Positions 10,701 to 20,292 of a DNA stretch of 64,000 nucleotides are shown here, one piece after another. The position numbers and the translations under genes were made by a program. The notes beneath the pieces were generated by a model, which made no database searches, was not told the DNA's origin, and was given only the letters and a program-made list of their open reading frames with translations. Each line of letters opens with the position of its first letter. Positions within the stretch are counted from its first letter, which is position 1. This DNA is from Gammaproteobacteria bacterium (GTDB lineage: Bacteria; Pseudomonadota; Gammaproteobacteria; Pseudomonadales; PIVM01), in the NCBI GenBank assembly GCA_003353945.1, contig PIVM01000003.1, forward strand, positions 40,833-104,832. Reading direction: 5' to 3'.

Positions 10701-11735
10701 CTAGAAGTTGTCTGGTATTTTCGCCTTCTCTCTAGCTGCATCCCGGGAAATGACGCGCTTGTCCACCATGTCCTGTAAGCATTGGTCCATGGTCTGCATG
10801 CCTACATTGGCGCCTGTCTGAATGGCTGAATACATCTGCGCCACTTTATCCTCGCGAACCAGGTTTCGAATAGCAGGCGTACCAATCATGATTTCATGAG
10901 CTGCCACTCGACCGCCCTGAGCCCGCTTGATTAATGTCTGAGAAACAACCGCCTGCAGGGATTCTGACAACATGGAACGCACCATGGATTTTTCATTCGC
11001 AGGAAATACATCAATAATCCGGTCAATGGTTTTAGCCGCTGACGTGGTATGCAATGTGCCAAATACCAAGTGGCCTGTTTCTGCCGCCGTTAACGCAAGG
11101 CGGATAGTCTCCAGGTCTCGCAGCTCACCGACTAGAATAATGTCTGGATCCTCACGCAATGCTGAACGTAATGCTTCATTAAAACCGTGTGTATCACGAT
11201 GAACCTCGCGCTGGTTGACCAGGCACTTTTTACTTTCGTGCACAAATTCAATCGGGTCCTCAATGGTTAGAATATGTTCATATTTGCTGTCATTGATAAA
11301 GTCGACCATGGCCGCGAGCGTTGTGCTTTTTCCTGACCCCGTCGGCCCCGTTACCAGACAAAGTCCCCTCGGATTCATCGATATATCGCGAAAGACCTGC
11401 CCCATGCCAAGGTCTTCCATGGTCAATACCTTGGACGGGATTGTACGAAACACCCCACCGGCGCCCCGATTGTGATTGAAGGCATTCACCCGAAAGCGCG
11501 CAACACCGGGCACTTCAAAAGAAAAATCGGTTTCCAGAAATTCCTCAAAGTCCTTGCGCTGCCTATCATTCATGATTTCGTAGATAAGACCGTGAACTTC
11601 TTTATGTTCCATGGGTGGCAGATTAATACGGCGGACATCACCATCTACCCGTATCATTGGCGGCAACCCTGCGGAGAGGTGTAGATCAGACGCATTCTGT
11701 TTTGCACTAAAGGCCAATAATTCTGTTATATCCAT
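10701..11735 (-). CDS. pilT: Type IV pilus retraction ATPase PilT
   Basis: Track ORF extends to 11807. The family N-terminus MDITELLAFSAKQNASDLHLSAG begins at ATG 11735. Walker A is GPTGSGKST and AIRNLVREDK is present. Confidence 0.92.
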   Translation of the reverse strand: MDITELLAFSAKQNASDLHLSAGLPPMIRVDGDVRRINLPPMEHKEVHGLIYEIMNDRQRKDFEEFLETDFSFEVPGVARFRVNAFNHNRGAGGVFRTIPSKVLTMEDLGMGQVFRDISMNPRGLCLVTGPTGSGKSTTLAAMVDFINDSKYEHILTIEDPIEFVHESKKCLVNQREVHRDTHGFNEALRSALREDPDIILVGELRDLETIRLALTAAETGHLVFGTLHTTSAAKTIDRIIDVFPANEKSMVRSMLSESLQAVVSQTLIKRAQGGRVAAHEIMIGTPAIRNLVREDKVAQMYSAIQTGANVGMQTMDQCLQDMVDKRVISRDAAREKAKIPDNF

Positions 11736-11931
11736 GCTTATCCTCAATACTGGCAATCGGGTTGTCGCGGAATCACATCCGACCAGGTAACTACTTACTT
11801 CTACCACGACTTGTGTTTGTTAACCCCGAAGACGTAAATTCGGGTTAAAATAGGTCAGCTTTGACGTCAATACCCAGGTTCAAAGACTGTAATTAATCGA
11901 GATGGAATCTTAGCGTACCGCGAAATCGTTT

Positions 11932-12642
11932 ATGTCAAACCTAGAACACACTATAGCAAAGCTACGCAAACGCATTGCCAAGTCGCTCGAAAAAAGTAAT
12001 CGAGGAACAAATTCTGTGCTTTTGTTGGCAGTTTCTAAAGGTCGGTCTGCCGCTGAATTACGCACTGCCCATAAGCTGGGTTTAGACCACTTTGGAGAAA
12101 GCTATCTTCAGGAAGCGATTGAAAAAATCTCAGCATTAGCCGATCTGCCGCTTTGTTGGCATTTTATTGGAGCCCTGCAAGCCAATAAGACACGTCTTGT
12201 TGCGGCACACTTTGACTGGGCACACAGCATTGATCGATTAAAAATTGCACAGCGACTAAGCGCTCAACGTCCAGCGAATCTGCCTTCGCTAAACGTCTGC
12301 CTCCAGGTTAATATCGACAATGAAACAAACAAAGCGGGCGTTAGTCCAGGCGAGGCCCAATTGCTTGCCAAGCAAATTCAGGCATTGCCCAATCTTAATC
12401 TGCGAGGACTGATGGCCATCCCCAAAGCCGATGCCAATCAAAGCACTGGGCATCAGAGTTATGCTCATATGGCCGAACTATTGAAACAGCTGCAGCAATC
12501 ACCGGAGCTTGCAGGATCACAGTTAGATACTTTGTCGATGGGCATGTCATCTGATCTGGAAGCTGCCATCGAAGAAGGCGCAAGCATTGTACGCGTAGGT
12601 ACAGCGCTGTTTGGTCCTCGCAAGCCCAAAACTCATCAATAA
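11932..12642 (+). CDS. yggS: YggS-family PLP homeostasis protein
   Basis: 236 aa. Motifs LLAVSKGRS (PLP lysine), HFIGALQANK and SMGMSSDLEAAIEEG. Confidence 0.9.
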   Translation: MSNLEHTIAKLRKRIAKSLEKSNRGTNSVLLLAVSKGRSAAELRTAHKLGLDHFGESYLQEAIEKISALADLPLCWHFIGALQANKTRLVAAHFDWAHSIDRLKIAQRLSAQRPANLPSLNVCLQVNIDNETNKAGVSPGEAQLLAKQIQALPNLNLRGLMAIPKADANQSTGHQSYAHMAELLKQLQQSPELAGSQLDTLSMGMSSDLEAAIEEGASIVRVGTALFGPRKPKTHQ

Positions 12643-12652
12643 GGAAACCACC

Positions 12653-13477
12653 GTGGAAGATCCCAAAATAGCATTTATTGGTGCCGGTAATATGGCTTCT
12701 GCCATGATCGGCGGTTTAGTGGCTAACAACTACCCGCCTGATCATATTTTCGCCTCCGATCCTATACCGGACAACCTGATCCGACTAAAACAACAATATG
12801 ACGTGATCACTTGCGAAAATAACGATGCCGCCATTGCAACAGCCGATGTCGTAATTCTGGCAGTAAAACCCCAGGTCATGGGACAACTTACCACTCAAAT
12901 CAAAGATAAACTGGCCGTGCGCAACCCTTTGCTGGTTTCCATTGCCGCTGGCATCACTCTCAGCTGCCTGGCCCGCTGGCTGGGCAAAGATCGACCTATT
13001 GTGCGCTGTATGCCCAACACGCCTGCACTGGTACAGGCGGGAATAACCGGCATGTATGCCAATGAACGGGTGAATGAGACACACAAGCAGTGGACCGATC
13101 GTCTGCTGGCCTCAATAGGTGTCGCGCTATGGGTTGATCAGGAATCCCAACTCGATGCGGTGACAGCCGTATCGGGTAGCGGTCCTGCCTATTTCTTTCT
13201 GGTGATGGAAGCCATGATGAAAGCAGGACAAAGTTTAGGCTTAAGTAGTGAGATAGCAGAAAAACTAACCCTGCAAACCGCGCTGGGTGCAGCTAAAATG
13301 GCTATGGAGAGTGATGTTGACGCAGGCGAATTGCGACGCCGTGTAACCTCCCCCGGCGGCACCACAGCAGCTGCACTGACGGTTTTCGAACAGGGACAAC
13401 TGTTAAGCTTGTTTGAACGCGCCTTGCAGGCAGCCAATGACAGATCCAGCAGTCTTGCCAGTGAGTTGGATAACTAG
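12653..13477 (+). CDS. proC: Pyrroline-5-carboxylate reductase
   Basis: Track ORF starts at 12611, inside yggS. An in-frame GTG at 12653 is preceded by AAGGAAA and gives the family start KIAFIGAGNMASAMIGG. SPGGTT is near the C-terminus. Confidence 0.9.
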   Translation: MEDPKIAFIGAGNMASAMIGGLVANNYPPDHIFASDPIPDNLIRLKQQYDVITCENNDAAIATADVVILAVKPQVMGQLTTQIKDKLAVRNPLLVSIAAGITLSCLARWLGKDRPIVRCMPNTPALVQAGITGMYANERVNETHKQWTDRLLASIGVALWVDQESQLDAVTAVSGSGPAYFFLVMEAMMKAGQSLGLSSEIAEKLTLQTALGAAKMAMESDVDAGELRRRVTSPGGTTAAALTVFEQGQLLSLFERALQAANDRSSSLASELDN

Positions 13478-13698
13478 AAGCCTGACCCGAGTAAAGTGTT
13501 GAGTATATTGTGTCTATTTAAGGATTTTTATCGGAAAATCTGGCCAAAATGGATTTTCCTCTGTAGGTTTTCTATCTCTCAAACAGGTTCTTAGCATCTT
13601 GAAACATGATAATGTCATCCTATTAATATATCCTGAGCTGCGTTATTCAGAACGAGCTCAGAGAACCATTCATTTATCCGCATTTTTTGGAGCATAAT

Positions 13699-14274
13699 AT
13701 GGCGCCATTCGTTGAGGCCATCACCTTAATCATCCATACCTTGCTTTACCTTTATCTGTTGATCGTACTACTACGATTTTTGCTGCAGGTTGCACGAGCT
13801 GATTTTTATAATCCAATCTCACAGTTTATTGTCAAAGCAACCAACCCATTAATCAAACCCCTTCGCAAGCTCATCCCTGGCCTTGCCGGGCTCGATCTGG
13901 CCTCACTAACGCTGGCCATTGTTATCCAGCTGATATCTATCTGGTCGGTGGCCGCATTGCACGGAGCTGGCTTTTTTGATCCCCTCACCGCTATCTTATG
14001 GGCAGCCGTTGGGACCGTGTCATTTATAATCAACATCTACTTCTTTGGCCTGATCATCATGGTCATCGCCAGCTGGATAGCACCGGGCAGTTACCATCCA
14101 GCCCTGATTCTCGTCAATCAGCTGATAGAACCCCTAATGAAGCCTATTCGTCGCGTTATCCCGCCGTTGGGTGGAATCGACTTATCGCCCATTTTTGCAT
14201 TTTTACTACTTCAGATTTTCCGAATCTTTATTAACTACGTTCCTGTTGATCCACGTTTGGTATTAGGTGCATAG
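13699..14274 (+). CDS. yggT: YggT-family integral membrane protein
   Basis: Four to five TM helices and two YGGT-like repeats. ATG 13699 is preceded by GGAG (the track start 13687 is TTG). Synteny after proC. Confidence 0.8.
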   Translation: MAPFVEAITLIIHTLLYLYLLIVLLRFLLQVARADFYNPISQFIVKATNPLIKPLRKLIPGLAGLDLASLTLAIVIQLISIWSVAALHGAGFFDPLTAILWAAVGTVSFIINIYFFGLIIMVIASWIAPGSYHPALILVNQLIEPLMKPIRRVIPPLGGIDLSPIFAFLLLQIFRIFINYVPVDPRLVLGA

Positions 14275-14291
14275 CACACATCGCACAAACC

Positions 14292-14585
14292 ATGAGCAAA
14301 ACCTTCTTCCACTGGCAGGGTGATACGCTGATTTTATTCTGTCATGTGCAGCCCGGTGCCAGTAAAAATGAACTCACCGGACTGCACGGCGAACGCCTAA
14401 AAATTCGTCTACAAGCACCCGCGACCGAGGGCAAAGCAAATAAGCAACTCACTAAATACCTTGCCACGCGCTTTGGCGTCAGCGCTCAAGCGGTGGAGAT
14501 TTCCAGCGGAACATCCAGCAGGCAGAAAACAGTCCGCATACACCAGCCCCAGAAAATACCTGATGAAGTTGATATTGAACCCTAA
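14292..14585 (+). CDS. yggU: DUF167 (YggU) family protein
   Basis: 97 aa with GASKNELTGLHGERLKIRLQAPATEGKANKQL, typical of YggU. Synteny after yggT. Confidence 0.75.
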   Translation: MSKTFFHWQGDTLILFCHVQPGASKNELTGLHGERLKIRLQAPATEGKANKQLTKYLATRFGVSAQAVEISSGTSSRQKTVRIHQPQKIPDEVDIEP

Positions 14586-14679
14586 CGTTGCCTAAGCCAC
14601 TTGCACAGCCCGGCCGCTGTTATTAGACTGCTCCACCGGAATAACGACTTAGCACGACACCAATGTTAGTACTACCCCA

Positions 14680-15831
14680 ATGACAGAAACCATAGATCCA
14701 GATTCAGTTGGTATTGTCACACCACAAACTTATCAGTTCGATACACCGCTGGAAATGTCCTGTGGTCGTGTTTTACAGAACTATGAATTGGTGGTGGAAA
14801 CCTATGGTGAACTCAATGCAGACCGCTCTAATGCCGTATTGATTTGTCATGCACTCAGCGGCAGCCATCACGCTGCCGGATTTCACAGTAAGGATGACCG
14901 CAAAGCAGGCTGGTGGGATGCGTATATTGGTCCGGGCAAGGCAATAGATACCCAACGTTTTTTTGTTGCGTGCGCAAATAATTTGGGAGGCTGCCATGGC
15001 AGCACCGGCCCCAACAGCATAAACCCAGACACCAACAAACCCTGGGGGCCGGATTTTCCCCGTTTAGGCGTGCAAGACTGGGTGCATAGCCAGCATGCCT
15101 TGATGGAAAAACTGGGTATCAATTGCTGGGCAGCCATTATAGGCGGCAGTCTTGGCGGCATGCAGGCCATGCGCTGGGCACTGGAATACCCTGACGAAAT
15201 ACGACATTGCATCGTCATCGCTGGCGCCACAAAACTCAGTGCCCAAAATATCGCCTTTAATGAAGTCGCCCGCCAAGCCATTCTATCTGATCGCGATTTT
15301 CACGGCGGCCGTTATCTCGAACACGACTGCATTCCCAAAAAGGGCCTGGCGTTGGCCCGTATGGTTGGACATATCACGTATTTATCCGATGACGCAATGG
15401 CAGACAAATTCGGTCGCGACCTGCGTAGCGGCTCATTTCAGAAAGGAACCAGTGAACAGGTGGAGTTCCAGGTTGAAAGCTATTTACGCTATCAGGGCGA
15501 TGCCTTTTCGGATGCATTCGATGCAAATACCTACCTCTTGATGACAAAGGCACTGGACTATTTTGATCTGGCTCGCGAATACAACGATGACCCGGTGACC
15601 GCTTTTAGTCATGCACAATGCGCTTTCATGATTATCGCATTTACCAGCGATTGGCGTTTTCCACCGCGTCGTTCCAAAGAAATTGTGAATGCGCTGATTG
15701 GTGCAAACAAACCAACCTGCTATGCTGAAATCGAATCTCGCTTTGGTCATGATGCCTTTTTATTACCAAATTTACGCTACCAGCAAGTCATAAGCGCCTA
15801 TATGCAGCGAATTATGCAGGAAGAAAGCTAA
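14680..15831 (+). CDS. metX: Homoserine O-acyltransferase MetX
   Basis: 383 aa alpha/beta hydrolase with the GGSLGGMQA nucleophile elbow and a C-terminal GHDAFL. Followed by metW. Confidence 0.9.
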   Translation: MTETIDPDSVGIVTPQTYQFDTPLEMSCGRVLQNYELVVETYGELNADRSNAVLICHALSGSHHAAGFHSKDDRKAGWWDAYIGPGKAIDTQRFFVACANNLGGCHGSTGPNSINPDTNKPWGPDFPRLGVQDWVHSQHALMEKLGINCWAAIIGGSLGGMQAMRWALEYPDEIRHCIVIAGATKLSAQNIAFNEVARQAILSDRDFHGGRYLEHDCIPKKGLALARMVGHITYLSDDAMADKFGRDLRSGSFQKGTSEQVEFQVESYLRYQGDAFSDAFDANTYLLMTKALDYFDLAREYNDDPVTAFSHAQCAFMIIAFTSDWRFPPRRSKEIVNALIGANKPTCYAEIESRFGHDAFLLPNLRYQQVISAYMQRIMQEES

Positions 15832-16421
15832 TGCGTGTCGATCTGGATATTATTCAAAGCTGGGTCCACCCCGACAGTCGTGTATTGGATCTGGGCTGCG
15901 GTGACGGCTCTTTGCTCGAAATGCTCACCGTCAATAAGCAAATATACGGCCTCGGCCTTGAACTTGATCCCTTTAACATTACACAAAGTATCGAACGCGG
16001 GCTGAATGTGATCGAACAGGATCTTGACCAGGGTCTTACTAATTTTCAGACACACAGTTTCGATACGGTTATCATGACGCAAACATTGCAGGCCGTACGA
16101 TTCCCGCATCTTATTCTTGATGAGATGCTGCGCATCGGCAAGGAATGCATTATTGGCTTTCCCAATTTCGGCCATTGGCGGGCGCGGCTCCATTTGTCAT
16201 CCAAAGGTAAAATGCCCGTCTCGAAATTTATGCCCTACACCTGGTACGACACCCCAAATATTCACTTCTGCACGGTGAAGGATTTTGAAGAACTTTGCCG
16301 AAAAAAGAATATTGATATTGTGCATCGTGCCGTAGTCGATCAGAACAATGAAAATTCAGCTGCCGCCAACCGATGGCCAAACCTTTTTTGCGCTACTGCG
16401 ATTTATCATGTCACTCGATAA
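15831..16421 (+). CDS. metW: Methionine biosynthesis protein MetW
   Basis: 196 aa with an SAM-MTase-like VLDLGCGDGSLL motif. Its start overlaps the metX stop (TAATG). Confidence 0.9.
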   Translation: MRVDLDIIQSWVHPDSRVLDLGCGDGSLLEMLTVNKQIYGLGLELDPFNITQSIERGLNVIEQDLDQGLTNFQTHSFDTVIMTQTLQAVRFPHLILDEMLRIGKECIIGFPNFGHWRARLHLSSKGKMPVSKFMPYTWYDTPNIHFCTVKDFEELCRKKNIDIVHRAVVDQNNENSAAANRWPNLFCATAIYHVTR

Positions 16422-16469
16422 CTTTTTCATTCCAACCGAAAAACTCTAATTCATTATTTTACATACACT

Positions 16470-17075
16470 ATGTCGACAAAATCCATGAACCAAATTGTGC
16501 TAGCCAGCAATAACAAAGGCAAATTGAAGGAATTCGAACAATTATTCCAAAATCAACCCTTCGAATTCACATCGCAGTCCGAGTTTGATGTCGACGATGT
16601 GGAGGAAACCGGGCTTAGTTTTGTAGAAAATGCCATTTTAAAAGCACGCCACGCGGCACAAGTCTCAGGCTTGCCAGCTATCGCCGATGATTCCGGGTTG
16701 GAAGTTGATGCATTGAATGGACAACCCGGTATTTATTCTGCACGCTTTAGCGGCGAAGATGCCACCGACCAAAGAAATAATGCCAAGCTATTGTCGCTAC
16801 TGGCTGACATCCCACAGGAGAGGCGCACAGCCAGGTTTCGCTGCCTGCTCGTGTATATGCGCCATTCATCCGACCCCACACCATCCATTTTCCAGGGCAG
16901 CTGGGAAGGACAGATTCTCTTTGAACCCCGCGGAGAAAACGGGTTTGGCTATGATCCTCTCTTCTACGTGCCAGAGCATCAATGCTCTGGCGCAGAATTA
17001 TCCGCAGAGATAAAAAATGGAATCAGTCATCGAGGACAGGCCATCGCAAAACTATTCTCTGCTTTTAATAAATAA
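16470..17075 (+). CDS. rdgB: dITP/XTP pyrophosphatase RdgB
   Basis: 201 aa. Motifs LASNNKGKLKEF, FGYDPLF and SHRG. Confidence 0.9.
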   Translation: MSTKSMNQIVLASNNKGKLKEFEQLFQNQPFEFTSQSEFDVDDVEETGLSFVENAILKARHAAQVSGLPAIADDSGLEVDALNGQPGIYSARFSGEDATDQRNNAKLLSLLADIPQERRTARFRCLLVYMRHSSDPTPSIFQGSWEGQILFEPRGENGFGYDPLFYVPEHQCSGAELSAEIKNGISHRGQAIAKLFSAFNK

Positions 17076-17092
17076 AGCAAACAGAGACCTAT

Positions 17093-18247
17093 GTGAATCA
17101 AAAAGCGCCTTTTTATCCTCTCCCTCCACTGAGTCTTTATGTCCATATTCCCTGGTGCATAAGAAAGTGTCCTTATTGTGATTTTAATTCCCACACAGGT
17201 CTCGATGCGGAAAAAGAAAAGGCCTATGTCACCGCACTGGCAAAAGACCTTGAACAAGACCTAAGTTATGTTCAAAACCGCAAATTGTCCTCCATTTTTT
17301 TTGGCGGCGGCACACCCAGTCTTTTTTCTGCCAATACATTTGAACAACTCATCGATTTGGCCAGCAATGCCATTGGTTTTGAAGACCGGATTGAAATCAC
17401 CCTGGAAGCCAATCCTGGCACCTTTGAGCATGTGAATTTTTCCGATTTCAAATCAGCCGGTATCAATCGCTTATCGATTGGCATTCAAAGTTTTTCCAAC
17501 CAAAACCTAGAGACGCTTGGTAGAATTCACCAGCAAAGCGAAGCCATTGCTGCGGCGAATAGCGCCCGACAACAGGGGCTTAATGTCAATCTGGATATCA
17601 TGCATGGCCTGCCGGGACAGAGCGTTGATGGCGCAATCGCCGATATTGACACAGCGCTTGAACTTTCGCCCGACCATATCTCCTGGTACCAACTCACGAT
17701 TGAAAAAAATACTGAGTTTTACCGTGCACCGCCTGAACTGCCAAACGAAACAATCCTGGATGCAATTCAAACCAACGGACTCCAACGATTACAACACGCT
17801 GGATTTGGGCAATATGAAATTTCTGCGTTTGCAAAACCTGGCAAACAATCAAAACACAATCTGAATTACTGGCAGTTTGGCGACTACATCGGCATTGGCG
17901 CTGGCGCACACGGCAAGATCACCTGTCAATCGACACAGCAAATTTTTCGCACTCAGAAAACACGCCAACCGGATCATTACCTTAATAAAGAAGCAGCTCT
18001 ACTTTCGCACACCAACCCCCTATCCAGTCAAGAACTACCTCTTGAATTTATGATGAACGCACTACGCCTAATTGAGGGGGTGCCAGCCATTCTTTATGAA
18101 CAACGCACCGGTCTTCCTTTATTACATCTGGAAAAAACGCTTGAAGACCTGACCCAACATGGTTTGATGAAAGCTGACAAAGAACGTTTGTGCGTTACAC
18201 CTTTAGGCGGTCGCTTTTTAAATGATGTATTAAACCGCTTTGATTAA
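17093..18247 (+). CDS. hemW: Radical SAM heme chaperone HemW (HemN-like)
   Basis: 384 aa with a GTG start and CxxxCxxC in HIPWCIRKCPYCDF. Follows rdgB, as in Pseudomonas. Confidence 0.88.
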   Translation: MNQKAPFYPLPPLSLYVHIPWCIRKCPYCDFNSHTGLDAEKEKAYVTALAKDLEQDLSYVQNRKLSSIFFGGGTPSLFSANTFEQLIDLASNAIGFEDRIEITLEANPGTFEHVNFSDFKSAGINRLSIGIQSFSNQNLETLGRIHQQSEAIAAANSARQQGLNVNLDIMHGLPGQSVDGAIADIDTALELSPDHISWYQLTIEKNTEFYRAPPELPNETILDAIQTNGLQRLQHAGFGQYEISAFAKPGKQSKHNLNYWQFGDYIGIGAGAHGKITCQSTQQIFRTQKTRQPDHYLNKEAALLSHTNPLSSQELPLEFMMNALRLIEGVPAILYEQRTGLPLLHLEKTLEDLTQHGLMKADKERLCVTPLGGRFLNDVLNRFD

Positions 18248-18344
18248 TTAGCTAAGGGCCGCATTCAAGCTCAACAAACGAGTCGCATTCTACGCTCCCT
18301 ACTGGGGAATGGCGCTGTAATGGGTTGGTAAATTGACAGCCCTG

Positions 18345-18746
18345 TCAGGCAAAACTTTCGTGTAATGCCAATGAAAACAGGCCTAAGCAACACATCAAAC
18401 CGAACACAAACGCACCCACCCGCAGCTTTGCCCAATTTGCCATATAAGCAAAAAAATAAATTAATCGAATTACAACAAATACCACAGATAAGGTGCTTAC
18501 ATATTGTATTGGCACCTCAGCGAGAACTGTTGAAAATAGTGCTACGGCGAAAAGAATTAGCGCCTCCCAGCAGTTTAATTGCAAGTGCTGTGCTCGCTCA
18601 CCAGCACCCTCTAATTGGGACGCTTGGCGCCTTGGATTTACAATGTCGTAGTTTCCTTTTTGCCTAACTCGATAATAGCCACCCACGGTGGAAGCCATAT
18701 AGGGCATAAACCCGATAAACATTAGGCAAAAAATAGTGATAAACAC
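18345..18746 (-). CDS. MAPEG-family small membrane protein
   Basis: 133 aa with about four TM segments. The loop RRQASQLEGAGERAQHLQLNCWEALILF resembles the MAPEG R..N..E pattern. Family assignment is by recall only. Confidence 0.5.
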   Translation of the reverse strand: MFITIFCLMFIGFMPYMASTVGGYYRVRQKGNYDIVNPRRQASQLEGAGERAQHLQLNCWEALILFAVALFSTVLAEVPIQYVSTLSVVFVVIRLIYFFAYMANWAKLRVGAFVFGLMCCLGLFSLALHESFA

Positions 18747-18958
18747 TCAGTACTTTCTCCGATTTGATTATCCTAGAAAACTCATGCGCCTGAAAATCCT
18801 TCGGTGTTTTTCAGGGTGTCGTGCAGATTCTTGTTACACAAGACCTTGTATCATGTTTATTTTTCTTTGATTCCGTATACCACTATCATAATAATTCCAT
18901 TCTGGACGTGTAAGGTCAAACTTCGCTCTGTCGGTTTCAATCGATTGTTATAAAATTA

Positions 18959-19684
18959 CTAGCGCGCATCTTTGATATACATTGCTTTACCGTCATTTCT
19001 CATTTCGACATCAAATAATTCAGTCGCTCTTATTAGATCACCAAGTTTTTTGTAACCATAATTTATGGCTGAAAAAGAGCTGTTGTTAGATATGTAGTGA
19101 CCGACATTGCTCATGTGAGCCCAGCCATCATCTTCTAATGTTTGTTCAACAGAAGTTCTAAGCAATCTAACCAGTGATGTATTACTTCTTAGACTTTTCC
19201 TATTTGTCTTAGTCGGTTTTTTTGGAATGCTAGACATTTCTTCTTCGTCAAACACGAGATTTTCTGTGTAAATGAACGGTGAGCAAGCATCTACGAATGG
19301 TTGGGGTGTTTTCTTTTCTCCAAATCCATAAACAGGTAAACCGCTTTCAAGAATTCTGAGTACGAGAGGGGTGAAGTCGCTGTCGCTTGTCATTAATGCA
19401 AATGCATCAACACTTTTACTGTAAAGCAAATCCATTGCATCAATTATCATTGCTGCATCTGTGGCATTCTTTCCCTTTGTATAGGCAAATTGCTGCATAG
19501 GCCTTATTGCATAAGGGTGCAATCTATCTATCCAGCCAGATAAAGATGGATTATTCCAGTCTCCATGTGCATGACGAACGTTTACCATTCCATATTTTGC
19601 CAATTCTTCTAGCACACCTTCAATCGAATTATGACTCACATTGTCGCAATCAATGAGAAGGGCAATTTTTATCCTTTCTGACAC
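18959..19684 (-). CDS. NYN (LabA-like PIN) nuclease domain fused to a C-terminal OST-HTH/LOTUS RNA-binding domain
   Basis: 241 aa. N-terminal IALLIDCDNV and FALMTSDSDFTPLV acidic motifs are typical of NYN/LabA. The C-terminal DDGWAHMSNVGHYISNNSSFSAINYGYKKLGDLIRATELFDVE is typical of OST-HTH. Confidence 0.8.
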   Translation of the reverse strand: MSERIKIALLIDCDNVSHNSIEGVLEELAKYGMVNVRHAHGDWNNPSLSGWIDRLHPYAIRPMQQFAYTKGKNATDAAMIIDAMDLLYSKSVDAFALMTSDSDFTPLVLRILESGLPVYGFGEKKTPQPFVDACSPFIYTENLVFDEEEMSSIPKKPTKTNRKSLRSNTSLVRLLRTSVEQTLEDDGWAHMSNVGHYISNNSSFSAINYGYKKLGDLIRATELFDVEMRNDGKAMYIKDAR

Positions 19685-19716
19685 AAATATCCCCTGGATT
19701 TATAACGCTTGCACCT

Positions 19717-19779
19717 GTGGTTTGGGTAAGCTGTCGATTTTTTTGCTCCGAAAAAAGTTGACAGCTTACCCAAATCCAC
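19717..19779. repeat. Long imperfect inverted repeat (about 20-bp arms plus inner T6/A6 pairing)
   Basis: The sequence gtggtttgggtaagctgtcga-ttttttt-gctccg-aaaaaag-ttgacagcttacccaaatccac. The arms are complementary apart from one bulged base. It lies between the UPF0016 stop and the NYN gene start. Confidence 0.7.
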
Positions 19780-19798
19780 AGCATGCATTTGATGTGAT

Positions 19799-20071
19799 TT
19801 ACGCATTGTATAAAGTAAAGGCACCGATACCAATAAAACCAACACCGGCGATATAGTGTAGGTATTTTTCGTTGATGTACTCTGACATCAAGCTACCTGC
19901 TAAGACACCAATTGCTGAAGCAACTATTAGCGCTGCAGACGCAGCAAAAAACACAGTGTATTTGCTTACCTCTTTATCGGCGGCAAACAGCATGGTGGCG
20001 AGTTGCGTTTTATCACCTAGCTCAGCTATAAACACTGATCCGAAGATCACAAAAAATATTTTCCACTCCAT
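19799..20071 (-). CDS. UPF0016 (GDT1/TMEM165/MneA-type) half-size membrane protein
   Basis: 90 aa with three TM helices and the family signature ELGDKTQ in MEWKIFFVIFGSVFIAELGDKTQLATMLFA. Confidence 0.8.
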   Translation of the reverse strand: MEWKIFFVIFGSVFIAELGDKTQLATMLFAADKEVSKYTVFFAASAALIVASAIGVLAGSLMSEYINEKYLHYIAGVGFIGIGAFTLYNA

Positions 20072-20292
20072 ACTACATACCTGCCATTATTGTCACTGTT
20101 CTGCCTTACATAACGCCTGCGTAATTGTCCAAGCGTCAACGAGGGACAGCCCACGAAGTGGGCGATGGTTGATGCATTTGTTAGGCAATTTCTTTGGATT
20201 TCTTCCTGCCTAGCAACTTAGCTTATAGTAACTCTATGTATAATTCGGCAAATATAACACAACCTTTTGATTTGTCTATGTATTTTACAGAA

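Noticed and set aside
15828-16193. 121-aa minus-strand ORF.
   Set aside because: It is antisense to metW. The other antisense or alternative-frame track ORFs within glmM, carB, ftsH, dnaJ, recQ and other well-supported genes are treated as spurious in the same way.
18248-18344. Searched for a direct repeat of the tRNA-Leu 3' end (att site) at the far edge of the AT-rich islet.
   Set aside because: There is only a superficial resemblance (gggccgcattcaagctc against ggccggacttgaacc). There is no integrase either, so no bounded mobile element is claimed.
20072-20292. Possible yybP-ykoY (Mn) riboswitch in the leader of the UPF0016 gene.
   Set aside because: I could not find the conserved GGGGAGUAG loop or the paired UUGACAUA-type loop; there is only a loose cgttgacgc. 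It needs an Infernal scan and is not called.
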